Source: Waterburya sp. | GTDB taxonomy: Bacteria > Cyanobacteriota > Cyanobacteriia > Cyanobacteriales > Xenococcaceae | Direction: 5' to 3' | Length of the DNA stretch: 64,000 nt | NCBI GenBank assembly: GCA_965217895.1 | Contig: CBDCJV010000002.1 | Location: 3,360,001-3,424,000 of the forward strand | Translations under genes and position numbers: made by a program | Shown: positions 31,447 through 41,885 of the stretch, piece by piece | How the letters are laid out: every line of letters starts with the position of its first letter | How positions within the stretch are numbered: the first letter of the stretch is position 1 | Notes under the pieces: model-generated | What the model saw: only the letters and a program-made list of their open reading frames with translations | What the model was told of the DNA's origin: nothing | Database searches by the model: none

Positions 31447-32046
31447 ATTTATACGCCTCCTTTAGCTCGCTTAATTGAGCAGCTACAGCTTTTACCAGGA
31501 GTAGGACCAAAAACAGCCCAAAGACTAGCACTACACCTGCTCAAACGCCCTGAAACAGAAGTTCAAGCTTTAGCTCAAGCTTTAGTTGCAGCCAAACAAA
31601 AAGTTGGTTTTTGTCGCGTCTGTTTTCATCTTTCTGCCGAGCCTGTATGTGCAATTTGTAATAATAAAAATCGCGATCGCTCTACAGTATGCGTCGTTGC
31701 CGATTCTCGCGACATTATTGCCCTAGAAAAAATTAGAGAATATAGCGGTTTATATCATGTTTTGGGTGGTGTAATTTCGCCTATGGATGGTATTGGACCA
31801 GAACAGCTTAATATTGAGGCTTTGGTTCGCAGAGTTACCAAAGAGCAAATCAAAGAAATTATTCTAGCAATTAATCCTAGTGTGGAAGGAGAAACTACTA
31901 CTCTATACATTAATGAGTTGCTAAAGCATTTTCCTTTTGCCAAAGTAACCAGAATTGCCTTTGGTTTGCCGATGGGTGGAGATTTGGAATACGCTGACGA
32001 AGTGACTTTAGCCAGAGCTTTAGAAGGTAGACAAGAATTGAATTGA
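31447..32046 (+). CDS. recR: Recombination mediator RecR with an ATT start codon
   Basis: (I)[29 protein letters not shown], CxxC..Cxx[30 protein letters not shown] 6 nt upstream; in-frame TAA at 31441. Confidence 0.92.
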   Translation: MYTPPLARLIEQLQLLPGVGPKTAQRLALHLLKRPETEVQALAQALVAAKQKVGFCRVCFHLSAEPVCAICNNKNRDRSTVCVVADSRDIIALEKIREYSGLYHVLGGVISPMDGIGPEQLNIEALVRRVTKEQIKEIILAINPSVEGETTTLYINELLKHFPFAKVTRIAFGLPMGGDLEYADEVTLARALEGRQELN

Positions 32047-32152
32047 GGCTCTAGCAGTGCCAAGGGTAGTAATCAATAAACAATTATCAATTATCAATGA
32101 ACAATAAATGTTGGTCTTGCTTAGTAATTAGTAATTTGGTAGGTAGTAAATA

Positions 32153-32230
32153 GTGCGAACGGTCGTTCGCCGCCTTTCCGAAGGAAAGTCGAGCCGCAAA
32201 AAGCGGCTGGCGACACGCGAAGCACGTGTG
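32153..32230. repeat. Cluster of small GC-rich hairpins
   Basis: GCGAACG-GT-CGTTCGC, CTTTCC-GAA-GGAAAG, AGCCGC-A5-GCGGCT. Confidence 0.75.
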
Positions 32231-32239
32231 TAGGTAGTC

Positions 32240-32314
32240 ACAAAAGACTACAAACGACTTACTACAAACTACAAACTTAATGTTTAAAATACTTTTTCCA
32301 AACAGAATTTAGTA
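32240..32314. mobile_element. Partial MITE (one end of the TACTAAAT family)
   Basis: ACTTAATGTTTAAAATACTTTTTCCAAACAGAATTTAGTA|TGA resembles the end of 15217-15408. Confidence 0.65.
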
Positions 32315-32325
32315 TGATATCGTTT

Positions 32326-32760
32326 TTAGCTATCAGCTTTTAAAGACACGCTAGAAATCAATGGACAAACTTCTTGGGGCTTTGATTCAAGATTGGGGTT
32401 ATTTGTCCAAACAGTGCGATATTCTTCTAATTCTGCTTTAAATAAGCTCATTCGCCTAATTTGAATTTGAATTTGCTCAATTTTACTATCTAATAAACTT
32501 TGTACCAAAGCACAAGGTTTTTCGCCGAGATCGCGTACATCGAGAATTTGCTTGATTTCTTCGAGGGTAAAGCCAATAGCCTGAGCTTTCTTGATGAATT
32601 CTACTTGTTGACTAGCATCCTGGCTATAGTAGCGATAGCCATTATTTGCTCTATGTGCTGGTTGCAAAAGTTTTAAATCGCTATAGTAACGTAAAGTTCC
32701 TACGGCTAAACCCGTTTGTTTTGCCAGTTCGCCAATTTTGAGATTGATTGATTTACTCAT
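32326..32760 (-). CDS. Heavy-metal-responsive MerR family regulator
   Basis: IGELAKQTGLAVGTLRYY, NNGYRYY, KPCALV, VCPLI. Confidence 0.92.
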   Translation of the reverse strand: MSKSINLKIGELAKQTGLAVGTLRYYSDLKLLQPAHRANNGYRYYSQDASQQVEFIKKAQAIGFTLEEIKQILDVRDLGEKPCALVQSLLDSKIEQIQIQIRRMSLFKAELEEYRTVWTNNPNLESKPQEVCPLISSVSLKADS

Positions 32761-32789
32761 AATGCCTTAGATCATAATCATCTTTTTTT

Positions 32790-32820
32790 ACTGTAACTCT
32801 TTAGTCTACTAGAGAGTCAA
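32790..32820 (-). promoter_or_regulatory. MerR-type promoter directed at the merR gene itself
   Basis: Minus strand TTGACT-19 bp-TACAGT with dyad ACTCTCTAGT..ACTAAAGAGT. Confidence 0.75.
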
Positions 32821-32880
32821 GATTTTATTCCTCGAACCAGAAAAATATAAACTCTGAGGTTAATTCCACCGTATTTGCAT

Positions 32881-33276
32881 TTATCTAGAAAACTCTTGAA
32901 GTAGCATCATTGCTACTCTAGTGCGTAAAACAGGCACAAATAAATAATCGTGATAATAAGCTGAAACAGGATTGACGCTGATATTGTGTTCGGCTAGTTT
33001 ATTAGCGATCGCAGCAAGAAAACCGACTGCTTCTAAACTAGAATGAACCGAAAGAGTGATCATCGAAAAGACTGATGTGTAAGACAAATTTGCTGTATCA
33101 GCCTGTTCTCGCTTTAGAATCAGAGTTAATCCCTCATTTTCTCGGAATTGACCCAGAGGATCGAGGTGAGAAAGGCAATTATTTTGATTATTGACGCTAC
33201 AAAAAACATACTCCCCTGAGCAGAGAACAGGCTGCATGGATTTTAACAAAGCCTTTAGATTGGTTTCACCTGGCAT
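32881..33276 (-). CDS. ACT domain protein (DUF2241-like)
   Basis: GETNLKALLKSMQP, ITLSVHSSLEAVG, NPVSAYYHDYLFV. Confidence 0.88.
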   Translation of the reverse strand: MPGETNLKALLKSMQPVLCSGEYVFCSVNNQNNCLSHLDPLGQFRENEGLTLILKREQADTANLSYTSVFSMITLSVHSSLEAVGFLAAIANKLAEHNISVNPVSAYYHDYLFVPVLRTRVAMMLLQEFSR

Positions 33277-33303
33277 TAGTTTTAGGTTAATATTTCAATC
33301 GAT

Positions 33304-34647
33304 TTAATACATACTCATAAACTCTTCGCCAATAGTAGGATGAATACCAAAAGAATCGTCCAAATCTTGTTTAGTAATTCCTAGACGCACAGCGACACCA
33401 ATACACTGAATAATATCTGCTGCGTGTTCTCCTACCATGTGCGCGCCAACAATTTTCTCTTCCTTACCCACCGTAATTAATTTTATCGTTACTGTTTCTT
33501 GGTTTACCTCATCCGCCAAACTATAAAGCATGGGAGTAGTGCGATCGCAATGGCAATTGACCCGATCTCCATACTTATCTTTAGCTTCTGCCTCATTCAT
33601 GCCAACAGTAGCAGCTTCTGGACGAGAAAACACCGCCGAGGTGACGTAAGTATAGTCAATGGACTTTGGTTGTTTGCCGTATAAAGTTTCTACCACCGCT
33701 AAAGCTTCGGCTTTGGCAACAGGAGTTAAAGGAACGCGATCTATACAGTCTCCTACAGCATAAATATGCTGGTTTTCAGTACGGCAAAATTCATCTACCT
33801 TAATTTCTCCTTTATCTCCTACTTTGACTCCAGCCTTATCTAAATTAAGGCTTTTGGTGTTTGGTGCGCGTCCTGTTGCCAGCAATACTCGATCTGCGGT
33901 GATGGTTTGCTCATTAGATAGGTGAAGTTGTAATTTATTTTCAGCCTGTTCTATTTTTTGGGCGGTAGTTTCACCAATAAACTCGATCCCACGCTCAATT
34001 AATCCCTGCTGTACTGTCTTTCTTAAGTCTTGATCGAATCCAGATAAGATAAGTTCGTTAGTATCCATAAACACAACTTCTGCACCAAAAGCATTCATCA
34101 TGCTGGCAAACTCTACGCCAATATAGCCACCGCCAACAATTGCTAGCTTTTGAGGTATTTCTTGTAGCTGAAACATTTCTCTAGAAGTTATGGCTAAATT
34201 TTTTCCTGAAATGTCTGGCTTGATAGGATGTCCACCTACAGCAATTAAAATTTTATCGGCACTAATTTCTTGGTCGTTTACTTTTACTTTACGACAATCA
34301 ACAAACTTTGCTTCTCCGTAAATTAGCTCAATTCCTTTTTCTTTCAATGTCTTAATAAAAGAATCGTTAATACTATCAAGTCGCTGATGGATTTTCTGCA
34401 TCAACAAAGACCAATCAAGCTGACGCTGACATTCTTGCCAGCCATAGCTAACCGCCAATGATTCCTTGAGCGCAAAATCAGCAGCATACACCATCAATTT
34501 TTTAGGAGTGCAGCCACGATTAAGACAAGTCCCGCCTACTTTTTCTTTTTCTATTACCGCTACTTTTGCACCGTATTCCGCAGCTTTTTTGGCTGCTGCC
34601 ACTCCTCCTGTACCTGCACCAATAATTAGAAAATCGTAGTTAGCCAT
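33304..34647 (-). CDS. gor: Glutathione-disulfide reductase
   Basis: GAGTGG, GGTCLNRGCTPKK, GGGYIGVEFA, LTPVA, IHPTIGEE. Confidence 0.88.
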   Translation of the reverse strand: MANYDFLIIGAGTGGVAAAKKAAEYGAKVAVIEKEKVGGTCLNRGCTPKKLMVYAADFALKESLAVSYGWQECQRQLDWSLLMQKIHQRLDSINDSFIKTLKEKGIELIYGEAKFVDCRKVKVNDQEISADKILIAVGGHPIKPDISGKNLAITSREMFQLQEIPQKLAIVGGGYIGVEFASMMNAFGAEVVFMDTNELILSGFDQDLRKTVQQGLIERGIEFIGETTAQKIEQAENKLQLHLSNEQTITADRVLLATGRAPNTKSLNLDKAGVKVGDKGEIKVDEFCRTENQHIYAVGDCIDRVPLTPVAKAEALAVVETLYGKQPKSIDYTYVTSAVFSRPEAATVGMNEAEAKDKYGDRVNCHCDRTTPMLYSLADEVNQETVTIKLITVGKEEKIVGAHMVGEHAADIIQCIGVAVRLGITKQDLDDSFGIHPTIGEEFMSMY

Positions 34648-34705
34648 GATTAAATTACTTAATGTTTCTTTACATTATCGTACTTACAACCATGTTTTTC
34701 ATCTT

Positions 34706-35281
34706 TCATAAGAGTGAATCGATCGCCTTTTGCCACTCTTGTAAATCTGTTTGAGATGATAGATCGCTTGCCTCTGCACCATTAATAAAAAAGGTAGGGG
34801 TTGACCAAACTCCTTTTGCTGCTGCATAGCGTGCAGGTATTCTTGCTTGGTTATATATCTCTTTGCTGTTTAATAGTTCAATAAACTTGTCTTTGTCTGA
34901 CCATTCTGTAGCATCTAGAACATAATCAGCTAAAAGATGATGCAGGTCTGTTTGGGTTTTATCTTTAAAAGCATCCCCCGCAAATTCTTTTTGATGGTCA
35001 AAAACATAGTTGACAAAATCAATAAATTTCTGAGTGTTATTTCCTGCCACGGCGATCGCTGCTTTGGTTACATCCCAACTCTGACGATGATTGCTCAAGG
35101 TCATTGGCTGAAATATGAAGTGTACTTGTTCAGCAGAATAAGCTGCAATCACCTGCAAAAATGTCTGCCAACCTTTTCTAGAAAAGGGACACTCAAGATC
35201 GAAAAACATTTCTACAATTATAGATGCATTAGCATCACTCAGCTTATAACCACTGGATCTTCGAGGAATAGGAATAGACAT
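34706..35281 (-). CDS. DsbA-like thioredoxin-fold protein (CxxS)
   Basis: FFDLECPFS and GVWSTPTFFING. Confidence 0.85.
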   Translation of the reverse strand: MSIPIPRRSSGYKLSDANASIIVEMFFDLECPFSRKGWQTFLQVIAAYSAEQVHFIFQPMTLSNHRQSWDVTKAAIAVAGNNTQKFIDFVNYVFDHQKEFAGDAFKDKTQTDLHHLLADYVLDATEWSDKDKFIELLNSKEIYNQARIPARYAAAKGVWSTPTFFINGAEASDLSSQTDLQEWQKAIDSLL

Positions 35282-35389
35282 GATTATAATTGGTAATAAG
35301 TATTTATTCTTAAATGAATTATATTTATTATTTGTAACTATCTTCAGAAATTGAACTTGGGATAGAACAAAAGATAAAAAGTTTTTTAA

Positions 35390-36703
35390 TTACACACTAG
35401 GCATAAAATAACTTCTGGTTCCTTTAGCATCTAAAGCTGTTCCCAAGCGGTTTAGTGCATGAACATAAGCGGCGGTACGCAGATCAATGGTTAAATCTTG
35501 GCTAATACTCCAGGTTTTCTCAGCTTCGATCAGCATTTTTGACTTAAGGCGTTGATTTACTTCTGCTAAAGTCCAGTACCAACCACTACGATTTTGTACC
35601 CACTCGAAATAACTTACGGTAACTCCACCTGCATTGACTAAAATATCAGGAAAAACATAAATACCTTTGGCTGCAAGAATTCGATCGGCATCAGAACTAA
35701 TTGGACCATTAGCCACTTCAAAGATATATTTAGCTTTAACATCTGCTGCATTACTAGCGGTAATTTGATTTTCTAAAGCAGCAGGAATTAAGACATCTAC
35801 ATCTAAAGCCAATAGCTCTTGATTAGATATAACCTGATGTTCGACAATGCTGCATACACTATCATGACAATATACTGCCTTCATTTCCCGATTCTGGTTT
35901 TTGTGTTTTTTAACGCCAGTAATATCCAAACCTTGAGGTGCATAAATGCCACCTTGGGAATCACTAACAGCCACTACTTTATACCCCGCCTCAGCGAGCA
36001 AATCTGCTATAGTTGCACCTGCATTACCAAAACCCTGAATCGCAACGGTAGTTTCTGAGGGAATAAGCTTAAATTTGGGCAGCATGGTTTGAATTACGGT
36101 AAATGCTCCCATTGCTGTAGCTGTATCTCTGCCTTGGCTTCCTCCTAGAGCTAATGGTTTTCCTGTAACTACCCCGCGACATAGCTGCCGTCGAATCGTG
36201 CTGTATTGATCCATCATCCAACCCATGATGGTTGCGTTGGTATAAACATCAGGAGCAAGAATATCAATATCTATACCAACAGCATCGGCGATCGCATCTA
36301 TATAACCGCGACTCAATCTTTCTAACTCTGCCTTGGATAATTCTTTAGGATTAACGATAATACCCCCCTTAGCACCACCAAAGGGTAAATCCAATAAGGC
36401 ACATTTAAAGGTCATCCAGAAAGCTAATGACTGCACCTCGTCTAGAGTGACATGGGGATGATAGCGAACGCCTCCTTTCCCTGCGCCTCTGGTGTCGTCG
36501 TAGCGCACCCGATAGCCAGAGAATACCTTTAATTTGCCATCGTCCATGCGCACGGGAATAGATACACTCAAGCTTGTCTTGGGTTGCTGCAAACGAGCGA
36601 TCGCATCTTCAGAAATCGTTACGTGCTTTAAAGCCTTTTCTAATCTTTTACTAGCATCAGCTAATAAAGAAGCTTGATCGCCTTGGTTTTGCATTACTGT
36701 CAT
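35390..36703 (-). CDS. gdhA: Glu/Leu/Phe/Val (glutamate) dehydrogenase
   Basis: GKGGVRY, PFGGAKGG, APDVYT, QGFGNAG, NAGGVTVSYFEW. Confidence 0.92.
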   Translation of the reverse strand: MTVMQNQGDQASLLADASKRLEKALKHVTISEDAIARLQQPKTSLSVSIPVRMDDGKLKVFSGYRVRYDDTRGAGKGGVRYHPHVTLDEVQSLAFWMTFKCALLDLPFGGAKGGIIVNPKELSKAELERLSRGYIDAIADAVGIDIDILAPDVYTNATIMGWMMDQYSTIRRQLCRGVVTGKPLALGGSQGRDTATAMGAFTVIQTMLPKFKLIPSETTVAIQGFGNAGATIADLLAEAGYKVVAVSDSQGGIYAPQGLDITGVKKHKNQNREMKAVYCHDSVCSIVEHQVISNQELLALDVDVLIPAALENQITASNAADVKAKYIFEVANGPISSDADRILAAKGIYVFPDILVNAGGVTVSYFEWVQNRSGWYWTLAEVNQRLKSKMLIEAEKTWSISQDLTIDLRTAAYVHALNRLGTALDAKGTRSYFMPSV

Positions 36704-37033
36704 TATTTTATTTAAGCAAGTTTTCTAATGTTATGTTGCGATCGCTACCAAGATTTAATATTTATATTCTCTCCGTTTACAGCTAGCATCGTCAAATTTT
36801 CGTTATCTAAACAGGCTAAAAATCTTACGCAGCAAATTTGGCCATTTTTGAGTTTAATGTCAAAAAAATTAACACTAATTAACAAAAAAACCTAGTGCTT
36901 GTTTTTAGTCTTTTGACACGATAGTCTTAAATGAAACTCACAAATTATAACTTCTACACAAATCGATAAAGTAAAAATTTAGTATTTTAATCTCAAATAT
37001 TTACAACATATAGAACTAGATTTGCCAAAGCCT

Positions 37034-38110
37034 ATGTCTACTCAGGATCAACCTCCCTTAAGAAATATTACTTTAGGTCAAAATGTGGTTTGCCCTTGTT
37101 GTCTCTATATGTATAATTCTCTATCAGATAATCTCTGCAAAAAATGTGGCAAAGTAATAACCGTAAGTGTAGAAGCGGTGGATTTAGAAGCATCTGATGT
37201 CAAAAAAATAGTTAATCAAAAGCGTCCAAATCTCAGTCTGAAGAAAAATTTTCAAAAATCTACTCGGACAATTTTAACCTTTGTTATTTTCTCTAGTGCA
37301 ATCTTGTTTTCTGGCGTTACTTACTACATAGTGCAAAAGAATTCAGCACAGCAAGAACTAGCAACAACTAAAGCAGAAATAAAGACCAAAGCAGTAATAG
37401 CCGCTCGTAATTTAGAGCAATTTGTCAGCACACAATATTTTCAGGTTCAAGAAATGGCTGCGAGTCCTTTCCTTACTGACATTTCTCTTTGGTCAGCTTG
37501 GTCTATTGAGCGCAAGCAAGAGTATTTTCAGAATAATTTTTTGGCTCATTCAAACAGTATAGATGGCTATCTGATTATTGATGCTCAAACTGGAGACACA
37601 GTTTTTAGCGGTGGAACAGAAGCTAACAACAGCAAAGACATAAATTACTACCAGCAGGTAGTCAAATTTAAACAACCAGTGATCGTTCCTTACCAAAAAT
37701 CGACCGAAACAGGAATTGCCTATATGTATATGGTGGCTCCTTCTTTTGATAAAACAGGAAAACTGTTATTTGTTACTCAAACTAGAATTAGATTTGATAA
37801 GGTGCAAAGAAAAATAGCTACTAATTTAAATAATTTAGGTTTGATTGTTGGTGATTCAAGTCAATCTTTTGGTTTTTCCCTCGTCAACGGAATTGGAAAA
37901 ATTATTGCTAGTGAAAAGATAGAAAATTTGAATCAGCAGATCGATCATTTTTTCGCCTCTTCTCGTATTCAGCGACAAAACAACTTATTAGCTGTAGACG
38001 TAGAAACAATAGATGGCTCATCCTATCTTGTGGCGTATGCACCAGTTATAGAAACAAGAGGACTACCAAAATTAGACTGGGGCTTAATTTTCACAACTAA
38101 AGTAGATTAA
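37034..38110 (+). CDS. Cys-rich N-terminus + TM helix + Cache-like sensor domain, no output domain
   Basis: CPCC...CKKCG, one TM helix, YYQQVV..PVIV, LVNGIGKIIAS, YAPV...LDWGLI, then stop. Confidence 0.65.
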   Translation: MSTQDQPPLRNITLGQNVVCPCCLYMYNSLSDNLCKKCGKVITVSVEAVDLEASDVKKIVNQKRPNLSLKKNFQKSTRTILTFVIFSSAILFSGVTYYIVQKNSAQQELATTKAEIKTKAVIAARNLEQFVSTQYFQVQEMAASPFLTDISLWSAWSIERKQEYFQNNFLAHSNSIDGYLIIDAQTGDTVFSGGTEANNSKDINYYQQVVKFKQPVIVPYQKSTETGIAYMYMVAPSFDKTGKLLFVTQTRIRFDKVQRKIATNLNNLGLIVGDSSQSFGFSLVNGIGKIIASEKIENLNQQIDHFFASSRIQRQNNLLAVDVETIDGSSYLVAYAPVIETRGLPKLDWGLIFTTKVD

Positions 38111-38381
38111 ATTTTGATTTTACGTTTGATGTGAATTAAAAGACCGAGAAATGCCTTCAAAAAGCTATTTTCTCATTTTATTTTGATACTCACCGCTAAT
38201 TCAAATTAAGCGTATTGTGTTAGTGGCAATGGAAAAAGATCGTTGAAAGTTTTGACAAGCAGTCCATATTTAATCTAATGTCTATAAATTATCATTATCC
38301 TAGTTTTCTGCTGCGCTTTTACCGATTGGCTAACTTCAGGGGTAGTCCTGACAAAATTGTCTCCTATATTAAACCTCTTGC

Positions 38382-39890
38382 ATGAATAAAAAAAATCAAG
38401 GAATCACAATTTTCTCGATTCTTGCTATTATTTCATTGGCTATTTGGTTGATTGTTCGTCAACAAATGGGCATATTTCAAAATCAAAGCGATCGCATTTC
38501 AAAGTTGACAGCTTCTGGCGAAAATGGACAAGCAGACCAAAAAGAAAGTAGTTTCAAAGCTGAAAATAGATTTAGTTCGGGGGAGAAAATTTTAATTGGT
38601 GCGGATAACAATCCCGATAAGCAATTGGCAGCACAGATGTATGCAAAAAAAGATTTTGGTGAGGCAATAAGTAAATTTCAGAAATCTTTAGAAACTTATC
38701 CAAACGATCCAGAAGCATTAATTTATCTGAACAATTCTATTGCAGCAATCGATCCCAATGCGATCGCAATTGGTGTAAGCGTACCAATTGGTGGAAGTCT
38801 AGACGTAGCCAAGGAAATATTAAGGGGAGTAGCTCAGGCACAAAACGCAATCAATTCCCAAAACGGCATCGCCAATAGTGGCAGGAACGATCTACTTCAA
38901 ATCATCATTGCCAATGATGACAATGAGCCTGAAGTTGCCAAGCAAATTGCTACTGACTTTTTGGATAATTCTCAGGTTGAGGCAGTGATTGGTCATAATT
39001 CTAGCAGTGCTTCGATCGCAGCAGCACCAATATATCAACAGGGTGGCTTGGTAATGATTTCTCCTACTAGCGTTGCCACAGAACTATCTCAGGCAGGAAA
39101 CTATATATTCCGAACTACACCTACTACCAGAATATTAGCCCAGACTTTAGCAGAATATACGATCGAGAAGCTGCATCGACAGAAGATAGCCGTTTGTTCT
39201 GATTCAGAAGATTCTGCTAGCAGTTCGTTTAGAGAAGATTTTTCTTTATCTATATTTGAGTTGGATGGAGAAATTACTGCTACTGAGTGCGATTTTAGCA
39301 GTGATAATTTTAATGCTGATGAAATTCCAGGAAAAGCGATCGCCGATGGAGCAGAAGCTCTTTTACTTATTCCTTCGGTAGACAAAATTAACCAGGCTTT
39401 GGAAGTAGCTCAATCTAATCAAAATCGTTTGACTTTATTGGGTAATCATTCAATGTACGGCTACGAAACTTTAAAGGTTGGCGGCTCTAATACCAATGGA
39501 ATGATTCTGCCTGTTGCTTGGCATCCTGAGGCTACAGCCAATTCTTCGTTTAACGCAGAGGCTAAAAATCTTTGGGGTATGGCTGGAAGCTGGCGTACCG
39601 CTACAGCCTATGAGGCAACGAAAGCCCTCATTGCTGGGTTGAGTCGTATCGATGATTCTAATACTGTGACTGCTCGGCAACAATTACAGAAAGTATTGAC
39701 CAATTCAGGCTTTTCTGTTCCTGGAGTTTTAGGTAATATTACTTTTCAACGTTCAGGCGATCGCTTAGTAAAGGGAGCTTTAGTCAAGATACAACCAGGC
39801 ACATCCTCTGGTACGGGATATGATTTCAAATACATTAATACCTCTCAACCCAGTAATAAAACCGAAAAAGCAAAATCAGAAAACTTTTAG
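38382..39890 (+). CDS. Branched-chain-amino-acid-type periplasmic binding protein with a TPR-like segment
   Basis: FSSGEKIL, NDPEALIYLNN, EILRGVAQAQ, VIGHNSS, YIFRTTP, WRTATAYEA. Confidence 0.88.
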   Translation: MNKKNQGITIFSILAIISLAIWLIVRQQMGIFQNQSDRISKLTASGENGQADQKESSFKAENRFSSGEKILIGADNNPDKQLAAQMYAKKDFGEAISKFQKSLETYPNDPEALIYLNNSIAAIDPNAIAIGVSVPIGGSLDVAKEILRGVAQAQNAINSQNGIANSGRNDLLQIIIANDDNEPEVAKQIATDFLDNSQVEAVIGHNSSSASIAAAPIYQQGGLVMISPTSVATELSQAGNYIFRTTPTTRILAQTLAEYTIEKLHRQKIAVCSDSEDSASSSFREDFSLSIFELDGEITATECDFSSDNFNADEIPGKAIADGAEALLLIPSVDKINQALEVAQSNQNRLTLLGNHSMYGYETLKVGGSNTNGMILPVAWHPEATANSSFNAEAKNLWGMAGSWRTATAYEATKALIAGLSRIDDSNTVTARQQLQKVLTNSGFSVPGVLGNITFQRSGDRLVKGALVKIQPGTSSGTGYDFKYINTSQPSNKTEKAKSENF

Positions 39891-40892
39891 CCACCCAAAG
39901 AGAACTATGGGTAAAAATAAAGTACTCAATAAAATACCGCTAGCAGCCACATTTCGATTTAAATCATAGGCTTCTGCCAAAATAACGCTAGCAAATGCCG
40001 TAGGCATACCAGACATTAAAACTAATACTAAACGACCGTCACCCTCAAAACCAAACAAAGTTAATACCAGTCCAGTTACACCTGGCAAAACCAGCATTTT
40101 GATTAGGGTGGAAAAAACTCCCGTTTTCAAATTTTGCCATTGTTGAAACATACTCAACTGCATTCCAATTAAGACAAAAGCTCCAGGTAAAATGGTCATA
40201 GTTCCTAGGGAAATTCCTGTTTCAAACAAGCCAGCCAGAGTTAAGCCTTGGCTGAGATAGCCAAAGATAAAAGCCCATAAAGAAGGTAAAAGTACTATAC
40301 TGCTCAACTGATTCAACCAATTGCTTTGTTCTTTTAAGCAGCTATATCGATCTGCTACTAATACACCCAATCCATAGCTTCCTAAAACATTGTGAGCAAT
40401 TCCATATAAGACAATCCAACTCCAATAGCTTTGAGCTACAAAATGCGGTACCAAAGCCAAACCAATGAAGCCTGTGTTACCCAAAATTGAGGTGATAATA
40501 AAGCTTCCTCTTCCAGCATTGGTAAAGGGTAATAAGTCTGGGCTAATTGCGTTATTAGAAGCTAGAAAATATCTAGCCTCGACAGTAGAATTTTGTGGAT
40601 TGTTTGACACAATCGACATATGGTAGCTGTTGATGTATCTTTCTTTGTGTATATGAAGAATCAGTATGGTTAATAGCAAACCTAACAACAGAACGGTTAC
40701 AGTGACGGTAATTGGCAGCCAAACGATTTGTTCAAAATTAGATTTTCGCGCCAAAGCAAAAATCTGTAAGGGTACGCCAAGCCAATACAAGGTTTTTCCC
40801 AGCAGTTTTGTTACTCGATCGCCAACAATTTTTTTGCGGTAGATTAGGATTCCCAGAACAACCCATAATACGCTTTGTAATATAGTTATCAC
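39876..40892 (-). CDS. AEC (auxin efflux carrier) family transporter
   Basis: GNTGFIGL, KMLVLP, GMPTAFASVILAEAYDL. Confidence 0.88.
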   Translation of the reverse strand: MITILQSVLWVVLGILIYRKKIVGDRVTKLLGKTLYWLGVPLQIFALARKSNFEQIVWLPITVTVTVLLLGLLLTILILHIHKERYINSYHMSIVSNNPQNSTVEARYFLASNNAISPDLLPFTNAGRGSFIITSILGNTGFIGLALVPHFVAQSYWSWIVLYGIAHNVLGSYGLGVLVADRYSCLKEQSNWLNQLSSIVLLPSLWAFIFGYLSQGLTLAGLFETGISLGTMTILPGAFVLIGMQLSMFQQWQNLKTGVFSTLIKMLVLPGVTGLVLTLFGFEGDGRLVLVLMSGMPTAFASVILAEAYDLNRNVAASGILLSTLFLPIVLFGWLKVF

Positions 40893-41101
40893 TTTTTCCC
40901 CGTAAAACTACATAGTCATTGTCAGGTTAGTTTAACGTGAGTTTAGATAAGAAAAAGGCAAATAATAACTTGAGTTTGGTTGTTGGCGATCGCACTATAT
41001 CTTGGACGAAAAATGGTTCAAATTAAATTCCTCGAAGCTGGAAAACTTAAATAGATTCAACAGATAGTGTTTTAATTTGCTGTTAAATATTCAGCAGATT
41101 G

Positions 41102-41728
41102 CTATTTTTTGGACAACAAACTTTTAGTGAAATTTAACAGTTCTGGGTTTTTGGCTACACAAGTAAAATTTTGATTTAATTGAACTATTTCAAATCGATC
41201 ATCCAAGATTATTTGACTTAACTTATCTTTTGGTAAAAATAAAAGATCTGGTGAATCATGATATTTTAAAGTTTCTTTCTGTTTAGTTATAAAAGAATCA
41301 AAATTATCATCATAATCAGTTTGACCATACTGATCTATACTAAAACCCAGAAAGTTTTCGCCAATTTCTCTTAATTCCTGTAGTGCATATTCAATTAAAA
41401 CTTTAGATAATTTTTCCAGATAAAGATCTAATAAAGAAGAAAATGAAAAATTTTGAAAAAAGTAATTATCTATTTGAGAAAATGACCAAAAAATGCAATG
41501 TTCAGGTTCTAACCACAGGTTTATTCCCAAATTATTATTGTTGTGAATCAACTCTTTGATCTTTTTTTGCTTAGTTTCGGTAATATCGTCTTCCAAGCCT
41601 ATACCAGTAATTAGCTGTGTACCAGGCTGTTTGATAAAGAATCCAGATTTTGCTAAATAATTACACGCTTTTTCAAGGTCGAAAGAACATCTAGAACGAT
41701 AGTATAAAGTTACTCCATCATCAGCCAT
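41102..41728 (-). CDS. Hypothetical protein, orphan immunity-like paralog B
   Basis: Paralog of 41886-42509 with a near-identical C-terminal ~55 aa; ATG at 41728. Confidence 0.7.
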   Translation of the reverse strand: MADDGVTLYYRSRCSFDLEKACNYLAKSGFFIKQPGTQLITGIGLEDDITETKQKKIKELIHNNNNLGINLWLEPEHCIFWSFSQIDNYFFQNFSFSSLLDLYLEKLSKVLIEYALQELREIGENFLGFSIDQYGQTDYDDNFDSFITKQKETLKYHDSPDLLFLPKDKLSQIILDDRFEIVQLNQNFTCVAKNPELLNFTKSLLSKK

Positions 41729-41783
41729 ATAATTCACCTAATAGTTGTTCACCAAGATTTGTACCTAAAATTTCTGAGTTCAT
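41721..41783 (-). other. 20-codon mini-ORF MNSEILGTNLGEQLLGELYG overlapping the start of paralog B
   Basis: AGAGAG purine tract, then ATG; its TGA lies within ATGGCTGA of the next gene. Confidence 0.5.
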
Positions 41784-41885
41784 GATTTATCTCTCTATTG
41801 TTGTTTTTATTGGTTGGTATTAGAGAGATAGAGCTAGAGGTTAACAAATAGTGTTTTAACTTGCTGTTAAATATTCAGCAGATTG

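Noticed and set aside
31755..32063. Minus-strand 102-aa ORF, and recR as a 94-aa protein
   Set aside because: The first is an antisense shadow; RecR similarity extends upstream to 31447.
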